This document shows positions 42,214-52,294 of a DNA stretch of 64,000 nt, piece after piece. Source of the stretch: an uncultured delta proteobacterium (GTDB lineage Bacteria > Myxococcota_A > Polyangia > Polyangiales > Polyangiaceae). The DNA lies in contig CAVQUB010000018.1 of assembly GCA_963716725.1 (NCBI GenBank), positions 32,001-96,000 on the forward strand, written 5' to 3'. How positions within the stretch are numbered: position 1 is the first letter of the stretch; every line of letters begins with the position of its first letter. The translations under genes and the position numbers were made by a program. Below the pieces are notes generated by a model. The model was not told where the DNA came from. It was given only the letters and a program-made list of their open reading frames with translations, and ran no database searches.

Positions 42214-43653
42214 ATGGTCCCCGCCGTGACCGAGAGTGGCGTCGCCCAATTCGCTGCGTTGACCGACGTCGGACGTCAGCGCGACCACAACGAGGACAAC
42301 TTCCTCGTCGACAAGAAGCTCGCCCTGTACGTGGTCTGTGACGGCATGGGCGGACACGCTGCCGGCGAGGTGGCGAGCGCCATCGCCGTGCGCACCGTTC
42401 ACGAGGAGGTCAAACGCGAGTTCGACCTCGTGAATGACTACATCGCGGGCAAAGTCGGCGTCGATCGCGTGAGCAAGCGCGACATCATCAACATGCTCGA
42501 GTTCTCGGTGAACCGCGCGTCGAACCGCGTGCATGCCGAGGCGGTGAAGGACTCGGCCAAGCGCGGCATGGGAACGACGCTGGTCTCGATCCTGGTGGCA
42601 GGGCACCAGGCCTTCGTGACCTACGTCGGCGACAGCCGCTGCTACATGTTGCGCAACGGCGCCATTCAGCAACTCACCGAAGACCACAACGTCTACAACG
42701 AGCTGATCAAGAAGAAGAAGCTGCCCAAAGAAAAGGCGGAGAAGCTGCTGGCTCAGAAGAACGCCGTCACGCGTGCGGTCGGCGTCTACGAGCACTGCGA
42801 GCCCGACACCTTGGTGATCGACATCGTCGCGGGCGATCGCTTCCTCTTGTGCACCGATGGTCTGAGCATGTACTTCGAGGCCGACGAGGTCGCTGAGCTC
42901 GGCAAGCTGCTCAGCAACCGCGACGCGGAGGCCGCGGTGAAATCGCTGATCGACGCGGCCAACACCCGCGGGGGTGGCGACAACATCACGGCCATCATCG
43001 TGACGGTGGGAGACGTCGAGGTGCGCGACGACGCGCGCGCTCAACGGCTCCAGCTCAAGCACGATATCTTGGCGAGAATGCCGCTGTTTCGCATGCTGGG
43101 CGAGCGCGACCTGTTGCGGGTGCAAGAGGTCACCGACGTGGTCACGTTCAAGAACGGCGAGCGCGTGATCAAGGAGGGAGACCGCGGCGAAGAGCTGTTC
43201 ATCGTGCTCGGCGGTCAAGTGAAGGTCCAGCGCGGCGGCACCCCGCTCGCGACGCTCAAGCAGGGCGAACACTTCGGAGAAATGGCCCTGATCCGCGCGC
43301 AGCCGCGCTCCGCCACGGTCATCAGCGACGGCGACAGCGAGCTGATGGTGATCCGCCGCGTGGACTTCTTCGACATCTTGCGCAAGGAGCACCAGCTCGC
43401 GGTCAAGTTGCTCTGGCAGTTCCTTGGCGTGCTCTCCGATCGCCTGGCGGAAACCAATCGCGAACTCGACCACGCCCGCGAGGAGCTCGCCGAGGACATC
43501 ACCTCCGAGATCTTCGACGACGACGACGACGAGAACCGGAAGACTTTGCTGATCCCCCCCCGCCGAAATCCCTCCGAAACCCCGGTGGCCAGTCGTGAAA
43601 GGCACTGGCTTTTGGGTACTGCCCTTGGCGATCGCGACCCTCGGAGGCTGTGA
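42214..43653 (+). CDS. PP2C-family Ser/Thr phosphatase with C-terminal cNMP-binding domain
   Basis: TDVGRQRDHNED, CDGMGGH, VGDSR, CTDGL, GGDNIT; GEHFGEMALIRAQPRSAT. Confidence 0.93.
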   Translation: MVPAVTESGVAQFAALTDVGRQRDHNEDNFLVDKKLALYVVCDGMGGHAAGEVASAIAVRTVHEEVKREFDLVNDYIAGKVGVDRVSKRDIINMLEFSVNRASNRVHAEAVKDSAKRGMGTTLVSILVAGHQAFVTYVGDSRCYMLRNGAIQQLTEDHNVYNELIKKKKLPKEKAEKLLAQKNAVTRAVGVYEHCEPDTLVIDIVAGDRFLLCTDGLSMYFEADEVAELGKLLSNRDAEAAVKSLIDAANTRGGGDNITAIIVTVGDVEVRDDARAQRLQLKHDILARMPLFRMLGERDLLRVQEVTDVVTFKNGERVIKEGDRGEELFIVLGGQVKVQRGGTPLATLKQGEHFGEMALIRAQPRSATVISDGDSELMVIRRVDFFDILRKEHQLAVKLLWQFLGVLSDRLAETNRELDHAREELAEDITSEIFDDDDDENRKTLLIPPRRNPSETPVASRERHWLLGTALGDRDPRRL

Positions 43654-44527
43654 TCCCGAGCCGAAGCCCACGGCACCGAGCGCGGCCGTCGGCCCCAGCG
43701 CCGCCCCGACACCGAGCGCGAGCGCGGTGGCGAGCGGTCCGCCCAGGCCCCCGCGGGTTCCAGCTGCGACGCAGCCGGGCTGCCGGGTTCTGACCCTGAC
43801 GGGGGACGTGAAGACCAAGAGCGGTCCGGTCCCGAACGGCGGCGTCATCTACGGAACCGAGTGGATCGAACTCGCCAAGGGTTCCGAAATCAGCGTCCGT
43901 CACACCGTGAGCACCCGCGAGCTGACCTTGAGAGGCCCTGGCGTGGCCCTGCCCTGCCTGGGCGGCGAGGAAGAGGTCCTGCTCACCGAGGGCGTCGTGG
44001 AGACGACCGCGGGGGCTGGTGCGCGCCCCGGCGCAGAGGTCATCGTCTTCACCCCCCTCGGCAGCGTGAGCTTTGGGGATGCCCAGCTGACTATCCGCGC
44101 GTCCAAGACCAAGGTCGAGGTCAAGTCCGGCAAAGGCGAGGCGTGGATTCGGCCCGCCAAGGCCGTGACCCGCCAGGGACCCGAAAAGCTCGGTGGAGCC
44201 GGCGCCAAGGCGGTGCTGACCGGTGCGTCGCGCTTCGAGGTTCTGATCGAGGACTGCGAGGCCGCCGCGGGGGCTGCCGAAGCCCTCGCCCGGGCCGTTC
44301 TGGCTCCCGCCGCCACGGACGGGGGGACGCTGGGTGACCGAGCCGCCGCCCACCTGGTGGCCCGCAGGGCGGCCCGTGGCGCCTGCGGCGCGGCCCGGGC
44401 CGCGGCCCACGGGGAGCCGGATGCCGACAGGCGAGCGGGGCACGAGGGCCGCGTCGCCACGGCAGATCGCCGCTGGCAGTCCCTCGGGACCCCCGGCGCG
44501 CCGGCCCCAGAAAGCTCGGGGCATTGA
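43595..44527 (+). CDS. Lipoprotein with FecR-like beta domain
   Basis: LGGC lipobox; LTEG, VFTPLGSV, VEVKSGKG strands. Confidence 0.55.
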   Translation: MKGTGFWVLPLAIATLGGCDPEPKPTAPSAAVGPSAAPTPSASAVASGPPRPPRVPAATQPGCRVLTLTGDVKTKSGPVPNGGVIYGTEWIELAKGSEISVRHTVSTRELTLRGPGVALPCLGGEEEVLLTEGVVETTAGAGARPGAEVIVFTPLGSVSFGDAQLTIRASKTKVEVKSGKGEAWIRPAKAVTRQGPEKLGGAGAKAVLTGASRFEVLIEDCEAAAGAAEALARAVLAPAATDGGTLGDRAAAHLVARRAARGACGAARAAAHGEPDADRRAGHEGRVATADRRWQSLGTPGAPAPESSGH

Positions 44528-44534
44528 TGCGTCG

Positions 44535-44564
44535 TTGACAGTTTCGGTCCCGCACCGCTAGCGT
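44535..44564 (+). promoter_or_regulatory. Putative sigma70-type promoter
   Basis: TTGACA-N18-TAGCGT in the intergenic gap. Confidence 0.45.
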
Positions 44565-44582
44565 CCGCTACGGGCGACGTCG

Positions 44583-46145
44583 ATGAGTCTTCGTAGGGAT
44601 AGTCTCGACGCGATGCGGCCTCTGGCGGGGCTCGCCATCGCTGTCTACCTGGCGGCCGGTACGGCCAACGCGGAAGAACCTCGCAAGGTCACCGAACCAT
44701 CGGTGTTGCGCGAACCGGCCGAGGTCACCCAAGTGGTCGACGCCTTCGACGAGGACGACCCCTTCGACCTGCACCTCTCGCTCGGCTATCAGCACACCTG
44801 GAAGAGCGCGAAGATCCGGCGCGAAAGCGCGGTGAACCAGGCGGGGCTCACTTCCGGCGGCTTCACCTCCGACGACATGAACGTCGCTCAGTACTCGGAG
44901 ACGACCAGTCGCCTGAACACGAGGGCCGCGATCGGCGTGTTCAAGGACATCCAACTCGTCTTCCGCTTGCCGATCATCCTGTCGAACAAGCGCAAGCTCG
45001 AGGGCCTCGACGGCAGCGACAAACAACAATCGGTCGCCTTGGCCGGGGGCCCGGGCGAGCAACTGTTCCGCTTGCCCTTCGAGTCGCCGACCCGCAGTGG
45101 CATCGAGTACCTGGCCGTCGGGCTCGATTTCGGCGTGATGAACCAGTTCCGCGATCTGACCAAGCCCACCTGGGTCATCGGCTTCGAGGGGCGCTTCAGC
45201 GTTTCCGAGCCGATGCGCGCCTGCAGCACCAACGCCAACGGCCTGAACCAACCCGGTCCTCAGAAGAAGTGCGCGCACCCGTCCGATATCAATCGCAACG
45301 GCGTGCGCGACGTCATCGACAGTGCGTCCGGAGACGAGCTCGAAGGCAGAGATCTGGGCGAGCGCGACCCCGGCGTGAGCCGTGGGACGACGGGGCTCGA
45401 GGTTCACACCTATCTTTCGAAGCGAATCAAGTACATCGAGCCCTACGCGGGCTTCAAAGCGCTATTCGAGTTCCAGAACGAGGACAGCGAGTACGGCACG
45501 ACGGATCTCAAGGGCTCCCTGGTGAACCACCCGCCCCTCGCGGGCAGCATCATCATGGGGCTCAACGTGATCCCCTGGGAGATCCGGGACCAGTTCCAGC
45601 GGGTCACCATCGACTTCCGCTTCACCGGGACCTACCGCACCGAAGGACGGGACTACTCCGAACTCTACGACGCCCTCGGATCGAGCGACGCGCCGAGCCT
45701 GCGCATGCCGACCTACGCCTCGTATCGCGAAAACCCGGCCTTCGACCCGAACCAGGCAGACGGGCCCACCAACCCGCGCTCGGTGGTGGATGCAAACTCG
45801 CAGCGCGTCTACACCACCGGCCTCACCGACGTTCAGCAGCACGGCGTCTACACGCTGAGCACGGAGCTGACCTGGCAGGCGGGAGAGTACGTGAAGTTCA
45901 GCCTCGGCGGCGGCTACACGCTGGTGCAAAGCCACCTGATCACCTTCGATCAGGCCTGCAACCCGGACTTCTCGGACGACATTCGGAAGTCCGGGCCGTG
46001 CAAGAGCACGACCCAGTCGGGGTACTCCGCCACCGGCATTCCAAACCCCAACTATCGGCCGACCATCAACACGCCAGGGCGTCGCTTCAAGGTCGACGAC
46101 TCTCACGCCTTCGACGCCTGGCTCAACGCTACCGTCATGTTCTGA
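44583..46145 (+). CDS. Putative outer-membrane beta-barrel protein
   Basis: Signal peptide, amphipathic strands, C-terminal WLNATVMF. Confidence 0.7.
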   Translation: MSLRRDSLDAMRPLAGLAIAVYLAAGTANAEEPRKVTEPSVLREPAEVTQVVDAFDEDDPFDLHLSLGYQHTWKSAKIRRESAVNQAGLTSGGFTSDDMNVAQYSETTSRLNTRAAIGVFKDIQLVFRLPIILSNKRKLEGLDGSDKQQSVALAGGPGEQLFRLPFESPTRSGIEYLAVGLDFGVMNQFRDLTKPTWVIGFEGRFSVSEPMRACSTNANGLNQPGPQKKCAHPSDINRNGVRDVIDSASGDELEGRDLGERDPGVSRGTTGLEVHTYLSKRIKYIEPYAGFKALFEFQNEDSEYGTTDLKGSLVNHPPLAGSIIMGLNVIPWEIRDQFQRVTIDFRFTGTYRTEGRDYSELYDALGSSDAPSLRMPTYASYRENPAFDPNQADGPTNPRSVVDANSQRVYTTGLTDVQQHGVYTLSTELTWQAGEYVKFSLGGGYTLVQSHLITFDQACNPDFSDDIRKSGPCKSTTQSGYSATGIPNPNYRPTINTPGRRFKVDDSHAFDAWLNATVMF

Positions 46146-46152
46146 AGGCGGC

Positions 46153-47559
46153 ATGGCCCGCGCTCGACACGCCCTGAAGGCCGCAGCGATGGGCCTCGCG
46201 CTGGCGAGTTGGGCCGCCTCGGCGGGCGCCGATCAGGACGAAGTGGTCTTGCTGCCCACGGTGATCCCGGTAGCCGCTTCCCCCAACACGCTGCCGGAGT
46301 TCCGCCGGCCTGACGCCGAGGATGCTTCGACGCTGGCGCGCTGGGCGCGTCAGCTCGACGCCATCGTGACCGAAGCCGTGCAAGATCTCGGGCTTCGGCT
46401 CGATGTGTCGGATCGGTCTGCTCCCAACGCGCGCACACTCTCGGAGGACGCTTTGGTAGCGCGTGCCGCGGCCAGCTGGGTGATCTCGCCCCGACTCGCC
46501 TTCGACGGCGACAAGCTACGCCTGCACATCGTCGCTGTGGCCCCGGGTTCGAAGGTGCTCCTGGTCCGGACCCAAGACGTCACGCCGCGAGAGGTCGCGG
46601 TGCGCGCGTTGGTCATGACGCGCGACGTGGTTCAGGCTGGCCGTGGCTCCGCTGACGAGGCGAAGGTCGGTGAGGGTTCGCCGACGACGCCCGCTCCGCC
46701 CAGCAAGCTGATCATGCCGGCGCGCTCGGCGGGCCGCGCGGTCTTGGCACTGAACTCGGCGGCCTTTGGCGGCTACGTTGGGCTGTCGCTGCAACGCGCC
46801 AGCGGGTCGGACGATGACCGGCTCACCTACCCGCTGATCGCGCTGGGCGCGGGCATCGGGCTCGGCGCGTCGATGATCGTCGCGGACGAGTGGGATGTCG
46901 GCCTGGGCGACGCCTGGTTCTTGTCGGCGGGCGCGTGGTGGCCGCTCAGCGCCGGCTACCTGTTGGCGGACGGATACGCCGTCGACCCCAAGGACGATCG
47001 CTTCGTGTACGGGCTCGTCGGCGCGGGGGCGGGCATGACTCTGGCCACGACGGCCCTCACCTTCCGAGGCATGGGAGAGGGCGGGGCGACGCTGACCCAC
47101 TCCGGAGGCGCGTTTGGCATGGCCCTGGGCGGCATGGCGCAGCTCGCGTTCGAGGGTCGCACGGACAAGACGCCGACGCTGGGCATGGGATATGGCGCCG
47201 GCGCGGGGGTGCTGGTCGCGGGTGCCGTCGCCACCCAACTCTCGGTCTCGTCCTACCGGGTGCTGCTGATCGACCTGGGGGTCGTGCTCGGCGGGCTCAC
47301 CGGAGCCGCCGCGGCCAGTCCGCTGGTCTTTGGTGAAGAACAGACCGAAGGCAAGGATCGCGCGTGGGTGGGCAGCGTGACCGCTGGCTTCGTCGCAGGT
47401 GGCCTCGTCGCTTACTTCATGACCGAGCCGAGCGACAAGGGCGCAACATCCGACCAAGGACCCTGGGTCGCGCCCTACGGCGGAGTGGTCGCCGAGAGTG
47501 TTGCCCGTGACGGGCGTCGCGAACCGGTCTACGGTGGCGGTGTTCAGGGCCTTTGGTGA
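46153..47559 (+). CDS. Exported/membrane protein with Gly-rich hydrophobic repeats
   Basis: Signal peptide; repeated GAGAG/GAGIG hydrophobic helices. Confidence 0.65.
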   Translation: MARARHALKAAAMGLALASWAASAGADQDEVVLLPTVIPVAASPNTLPEFRRPDAEDASTLARWARQLDAIVTEAVQDLGLRLDVSDRSAPNARTLSEDALVARAAASWVISPRLAFDGDKLRLHIVAVAPGSKVLLVRTQDVTPREVAVRALVMTRDVVQAGRGSADEAKVGEGSPTTPAPPSKLIMPARSAGRAVLALNSAAFGGYVGLSLQRASGSDDDRLTYPLIALGAGIGLGASMIVADEWDVGLGDAWFLSAGAWWPLSAGYLLADGYAVDPKDDRFVYGLVGAGAGMTLATTALTFRGMGEGGATLTHSGGAFGMALGGMAQLAFEGRTDKTPTLGMGYGAGAGVLVAGAVATQLSVSSYRVLLIDLGVVLGGLTGAAAASPLVFGEEQTEGKDRAWVGSVTAGFVAGGLVAYFMTEPSDKGATSDQGPWVAPYGGVVAESVARDGRREPVYGGGVQGLW

Positions 47560-48476
47560 AGACACTCACGTTCACTGTGTCCGCGAGTGAGGCGGGCCAA
47601 CGCATCGACAAGCTGGTCGTCGCGCGGACCGATCTCGGCCGCCGGCGGGTTGCCGAGCTGTTCTCCACCGGAAACGTGGTTGTGTCGGGTCGACGCGTCC
47701 CCAAAGGGGAGCCCGCCCGCGAGGGTGACGAGATCGCGGTCAGCATCGAGGGCGACGATCGAGCCTCGCCGGAACCCGAGGCTCGGCTCGCCGTGCGCCT
47801 CGAGACCCCACACTGCGTCATCGTGGCCAAGCCCGCGGGACAGCCCAGCGCGCCGCTCCGGGGCGAGAGCGGGACGCTGGCGGGCGCTCTCCTCGGGCAC
47901 TACCCGGAAATGGCGGATGTCGGACACTCGCCGCGAGAGCCGGGGCTGCTGCATCGCCTCGACACCCAGACCTCGGGCCTGATCGTGGCGGCTCGAAGCG
48001 TAGACGCTTTCAATCGCCTCCACTTGGCCTTGCGCGAAGGCGCCATGACCAAACGCTACCTGGCCATCGTGGACGCCGAGGGTCTCGGAGAGGCGGGCGT
48101 CATCGACGCGCCGATCGCACCCGATCGCAAGAACCCCAAACGAGTGCTGGTGGACGAAGGTCTCACGCCGAGGACCGGCAAGAATCGCGCTCGCCCTGCA
48201 GCAACCAACTACCGCGTCGTGCGTCGCCAAGGCGCCCTGGCGTTGATCGAGCTCACCGTGTCACGGGCGCTGCGGCACCAGATCCGCGCCCACCTCGCAT
48301 CCATCGGACATCCGCTGATCGGCGACGCGACCTACGGCGGGCGCCAGGCGCCGGAGCTTGGGGAACGTCACGCGCTGCACGCCAGCTACATCGCCTGGGC
48401 GGGCGACGACACCATCGCTGGTTTCGCCCTCGACGAAGCGCTCCCGGCCGACATGGAGAGCTTGATCGCCGGCTGA
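47556..48476 (+). CDS. RluA/RluD-family pseudouridine synthase
   Basis: S4-like GQRIDK, KPAG, HRLDTQTSG, HQIRAHL..IGHPLIGD..YG, LHA. Confidence 0.92.
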   Translation: MKTLTFTVSASEAGQRIDKLVVARTDLGRRRVAELFSTGNVVVSGRRVPKGEPAREGDEIAVSIEGDDRASPEPEARLAVRLETPHCVIVAKPAGQPSAPLRGESGTLAGALLGHYPEMADVGHSPREPGLLHRLDTQTSGLIVAARSVDAFNRLHLALREGAMTKRYLAIVDAEGLGEAGVIDAPIAPDRKNPKRVLVDEGLTPRTGKNRARPAATNYRVVRRQGALALIELTVSRALRHQIRAHLASIGHPLIGDATYGGRQAPELGERHALHASYIAWAGDDTIAGFALDEALPADMESLIAG

Positions 48477-50170
48477 TTCGGTTTCGGTCGTGCACCCGCG
48501 CGCTCTGCGACGGTGGCCGTGACCGACCGAATCAAAGCGAGGCACAGGGCGCGCGTCGGCAACTTGGGGCGGACGACTGCCGTTCTCTCCTCCGGTTTGC
48601 GCCCGCGGGCCCAGGTCACCGTGCGCGGCAATGCCGCCTGCGCGGGAGACCCCTCGGCGGCCCGCAGCATGACCCAGGGCAAGGCGACACTCCCACCGAG
48701 GGCGCTCTGGTACTCGATTCCGAATTCGACGGCAGCGAGTCCCGCCTTCGCGCGTCGCGGCATCACCAATAGACGGAGCTCGTCGGGGCTGTCTTCGCCT
48801 TCAGGGATCCTCGCCCACGGCACGACCTTCAGCTGAGGGTCTTGGCGCAGCCGCGCCGCAAGCCAAGCGAGAAGCGGCGCCGGACGGCTCGCCGCGTGCG
48901 GTGGCAGCTCGCCCGCGCGACCGGTGCAGAAGATCGGCAAGAGCACGGCAGACCCGAGGGCGGCGCAGATCCCGTGGTAGGGCGAGCGCAAGAACAGATA
49001 GACGCTCGCCACCGCGACGCCGCTCGCGAGCAGCAGAAAGACCGCAAACCCGGGGAGCGTCCCGGCGTCGAGCCAGCGACCCGGCAGGGCCGGCTCCCGC
49101 GGCAGAAATGCCTCTTCGTCACTGAGCGGAAGCCACCGCCCCGGGCGTCGCGGCGACGAGATCCCGCGCGGCGTGACGTGAGCGGCCAGCACGATCGAGA
49201 GCGTGAGCAGCACTCCGGCCGGCGTCGCCAAGTTCGTGTTCAGGACCAACGCCACGGCGCCGGCAAGGCACGCGCCGGCGAGCACCGCCCGCGGCGCGGC
49301 AGGAAGGGGCACGAGGGCTCTCGGCTGGACGTTTCGAGCCTGGCAGGCGCGATGAACCATGCGCCACTTGGCGAACACGATCAGCGCGAACAGCAGCGCC
49401 ACTCCCACCAGCAGGGCAATGCCCACGAGTCGATCCCGTGGCCGCTCACCTTCGCTTGGCCGGACATCGGCAAGCGTGGGCGAGAGCTCCTCGTGGCCGA
49501 AGGCGTCGAAGGCCTTTGGGCTGGCGAGCACACGCCACACCACCGGTTCCCCTTTGGCAACATGCGGCCTCACGATGTCGAGCTCGTCTTTGTCGCCGGT
49601 GCGTCGCAAGTTCGAGAGAAACGTCCCGCCCGACTCTTCGTCGCTTTCGGGCAGCCGCGGTTCGCTGCCGCCGGGAGGCAAGCGGAACAGAACTCGCGCC
49701 GAGTCCACGCCGTCAGTCGATCGCGGCGCGACCCAGCGCACTTCGGCCATCGATCCGTGCTGGCGGATCATTCCGCGATCGGCGAGGCGTGTGCGATACG
49801 CGAGCTTGAAGACGTACTTTCCACGGCTCACGCCTTTGGCGTGATCGACCTCGGCTCGGAGCGTCCCGTCGTCGCGCCTCTCGAGCAGCAGCGGGATGGC
49901 TTGGCTCGTCCCTTCGGCTGAGGCGACGGTCGCATCCGGCATCGGAGCGGCGTCGGCGTCGACCCCGTCGAGCTCGATGGCCATCAGCGGGCCGCCCTTC
50001 ACCCGGATCACGATCTCGTGGGAGACCGTCGCGCTACCGTCGCGCTCGACGTCGAGGGTCACGACGTGGGCCTGAGTGGCGGTCTCGACCCAGGCCTGGG
50101 CCCCAGCGGGCACCAAAAGCGCAGCGAGAAAGCCAATCGCAGCGCCTACATGTCGGCTAAGGGCGTACAT
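48386..50170 (-). CDS. Hypothetical membrane protein with exported N-terminal beta domain
   Basis: Signal peptide, about 5 TM helices; 3' end overlaps the rluA-family gene. Confidence 0.65.
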   Translation of the reverse strand: MYALSRHVGAAIGFLAALLVPAGAQAWVETATQAHVVTLDVERDGSATVSHEIVIRVKGGPLMAIELDGVDADAAPMPDATVASAEGTSQAIPLLLERRDDGTLRAEVDHAKGVSRGKYVFKLAYRTRLADRGMIRQHGSMAEVRWVAPRSTDGVDSARVLFRLPPGGSEPRLPESDEESGGTFLSNLRRTGDKDELDIVRPHVAKGEPVVWRVLASPKAFDAFGHEELSPTLADVRPSEGERPRDRLVGIALLVGVALLFALIVFAKWRMVHRACQARNVQPRALVPLPAAPRAVLAGACLAGAVALVLNTNLATPAGVLLTLSIVLAAHVTPRGISSPRRPGRWLPLSDEEAFLPREPALPGRWLDAGTLPGFAVFLLLASGVAVASVYLFLRSPYHGICAALGSAVLLPIFCTGRAGELPPHAASRPAPLLAWLAARLRQDPQLKVVPWARIPEGEDSPDELRLLVMPRRAKAGLAAVEFGIEYQSALGGSVALPWVMLRAAEGSPAQAALPRTVTWARGRKPEERTAVVRPKLPTRALCLALIRSVTATVAERAGARPKPNQPAIKLSMSAGSASSRAKPAMVSSPAQAM

Positions 50171-50252
50171 CGTACGACCTGTGCTCACACGGACGCGACC
50201 CGTCTGCCAAGTTTCCGACCGGCGAACCGGCGACAACCCCCGCGTTTTGGCC

Positions 50253-52217
50253 CTAGGGCATCACGGGCCGCTCTGGCATGCCCGCCTCGGGGACTTCGAG
50301 GTTCCGGTCGCGGCGGGACGCCGCGAAGCTGGGCGCGATGGCGCCAATGTCCTCGACCACCGCCTTCGGTACGCGGAAGGTCCACTCCATCGATGGCGTC
50401 GCGCCGCCGGTCACCGTCGTCCACATCAACATGGGCGTCTCACCGTGATGGGGCATGAGGGTGAGTGCCTTGAGGTGATCGCCAAGACCGGAGTCGTTCA
50501 TCGCGGTCGCGAGGCTCTTCGCGAGGTTACCGATGGTGAAGAACCCGCCGGAGACGGATTTCGAGGTCTTCAGGGGAGCGATGCCCTCCCGGCCGGCGAG
50601 CGTGCTCGTTCCCTTGCGCATTTCGATGAGCTTCGCGGTCACGGACTTCTCGTCTGCGGACAGCCCGACCCACGAACTGTCGCCGTCGGGGACGAGGATC
50701 ATCACCACGGAGAGCGCTGGCGTGGCGACCTTCGGTGCGCTCACCTTGCCGTCCATCTTCGCGAAGAATGCGCTCGGAAGGTTCAGCTCATAGACGATGG
50801 ACCCCGGTGGCATGCCGGGCGCGCGTGACGGCCGCGACGACAGCTTGGGCAGGTCCTTGGCCTTGACCTTCAGCTGCTTGTCGAGCAGTTGCCGAAGTTG
50901 AGCGTCGTTGTAGAGCTTGACCAGCCTGTCGAGGTATCCCTTGTACTTCGCGGGCTTCTCGTCGATGCCGATCACATACCAGCCGAGATACGAACGGATG
51001 CGTTCGCGCACCAGCGCGCCTTCGCCCTTGGGAGCGACAGCCGCGGTCGACGCGACGTCGCCGTGGGCATAGACCACTTCCCCTTCGGTCGTCCAAGTCT
51101 CGAGCATCAGCTCGGAGATCTGGTCGCGCACTTTGCGCGGGACCCGCTCTTTCTCCAGGGCACCGTCGATGAGTTCGCTCAACGTCTTGCGGATCGCGTC
51201 GTAGCGCTTGGCGCTGGCGCCAACGCCAAATGTGGCCATCTCGGCCTCCTTGGGCAGCTTCCAGAACTTCTCGGGCGCGCCTTTTCCGCGTTTGCCCGCA
51301 TCGAGCATGGTCTGGACGGTCCACGAGTTCTGCGCTCTGAACTTGAGGCTGACCGTGGTGTTGACGAGGCCTCCCGCCTTGTCGATGCCGGATTCGACCC
51401 GGATCTTGTCGACGTCCTCGGCAAGCGCGAGGACTTCATCGGCCATACCGTGCGCCGCATCGGCCAACGCGCGGTCGAAGCGCGGACTGTCGAGCGACAG
51501 CTCGCTCATGATGAAGGGCATGGCCATGGTCCGAAGCTGACGGAGCTCCTTGGCGTATCGGCGACGGAGCGGCTCGGCCTGGATCTCGATGTGCAGATCG
51601 GATTTCCCGAGCGCCTCGGTCGGTAGCCCGCGCGTCGCGTACGACAAGAGCGCGTCCACGTCTTCTTCACGATCTCCGCACACGAGTCGGGCCGGAGACT
51701 TTCCGACGGAAGCGGCGACAGCACACGCCGGGCCGCCCTCGCCTTTCTTGATCAGGTACACGCCGGGCCGCAACATGCGGGCCGACTGACGATGTCGCTT
51801 GGCGAAGTTCACGACGCCATCGACGGAGTTCACTCCGACGGAGACCACGACGAAGGGCTGAGGGAAATCACCGATCCCTTTGTCGTCCAGAGCGACGGCG
51901 ATCTCGACGGGCGCGTCGAACACCAAGAGCTGAGCCATCTCCGGATCGCCCTTCCGGACCATCGCGCGCACGTCGATGGGGAACTTCGCCCAGCTCGCGA
52001 TGGTGTCGATGGCCTGGGCGGGGTTGCCCAGGCGGCCCACGGCAACGAGCCCCTGCGGTGCCGGGACCGGGGTCAGGTCAGGCGTGGGACCCGTGGCGAT
52101 GCCGCCGGGTCCGGTGACCTTGGCGGGACCTCCGGGGGCTTGCGCGGGGGTTTGTGGCCCGCAGGCCAGCAGGACCAATGAGCTGGCGAGCAGCAGGGAG
52201 TTGAGGGGTCGAGTCAT
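50253..52217 (-). CDS. Large hypothetical lipoprotein
   Basis: LLAC lipobox; 654-aa ORF with coding-like codon usage. Confidence 0.75.
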   Translation of the reverse strand: MTRPLNSLLLASSLVLLACGPQTPAQAPGGPAKVTGPGGIATGPTPDLTPVPAPQGLVAVGRLGNPAQAIDTIASWAKFPIDVRAMVRKGDPEMAQLLVFDAPVEIAVALDDKGIGDFPQPFVVVSVGVNSVDGVVNFAKRHRQSARMLRPGVYLIKKGEGGPACAVAASVGKSPARLVCGDREEDVDALLSYATRGLPTEALGKSDLHIEIQAEPLRRRYAKELRQLRTMAMPFIMSELSLDSPRFDRALADAAHGMADEVLALAEDVDKIRVESGIDKAGGLVNTTVSLKFRAQNSWTVQTMLDAGKRGKGAPEKFWKLPKEAEMATFGVGASAKRYDAIRKTLSELIDGALEKERVPRKVRDQISELMLETWTTEGEVVYAHGDVASTAAVAPKGEGALVRERIRSYLGWYVIGIDEKPAKYKGYLDRLVKLYNDAQLRQLLDKQLKVKAKDLPKLSSRPSRAPGMPPGSIVYELNLPSAFFAKMDGKVSAPKVATPALSVVMILVPDGDSSWVGLSADEKSVTAKLIEMRKGTSTLAGREGIAPLKTSKSVSGGFFTIGNLAKSLATAMNDSGLGDHLKALTLMPHHGETPMLMWTTVTGGATPSMEWTFRVPKAVVEDIGAIAPSFAASRRDRNLEVPEAGMPERPVMP

Positions 52218-52294
52218 GACGGCGGCGATTTATACACGCTCCGCGATGCGCTGAAACGCCCCATGGGGCCACCCAACGCGGCTCGCCGGCCGGC

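Noticed and set aside
48386..48476. Convergent 3' overlaps (rluA-family/membrane gene 91 bp; hisG/FGE gene 47 bp) as antisense regulation
   Set aside because: Common in stop-poor high-GC genomes and possibly affected by indel errors.
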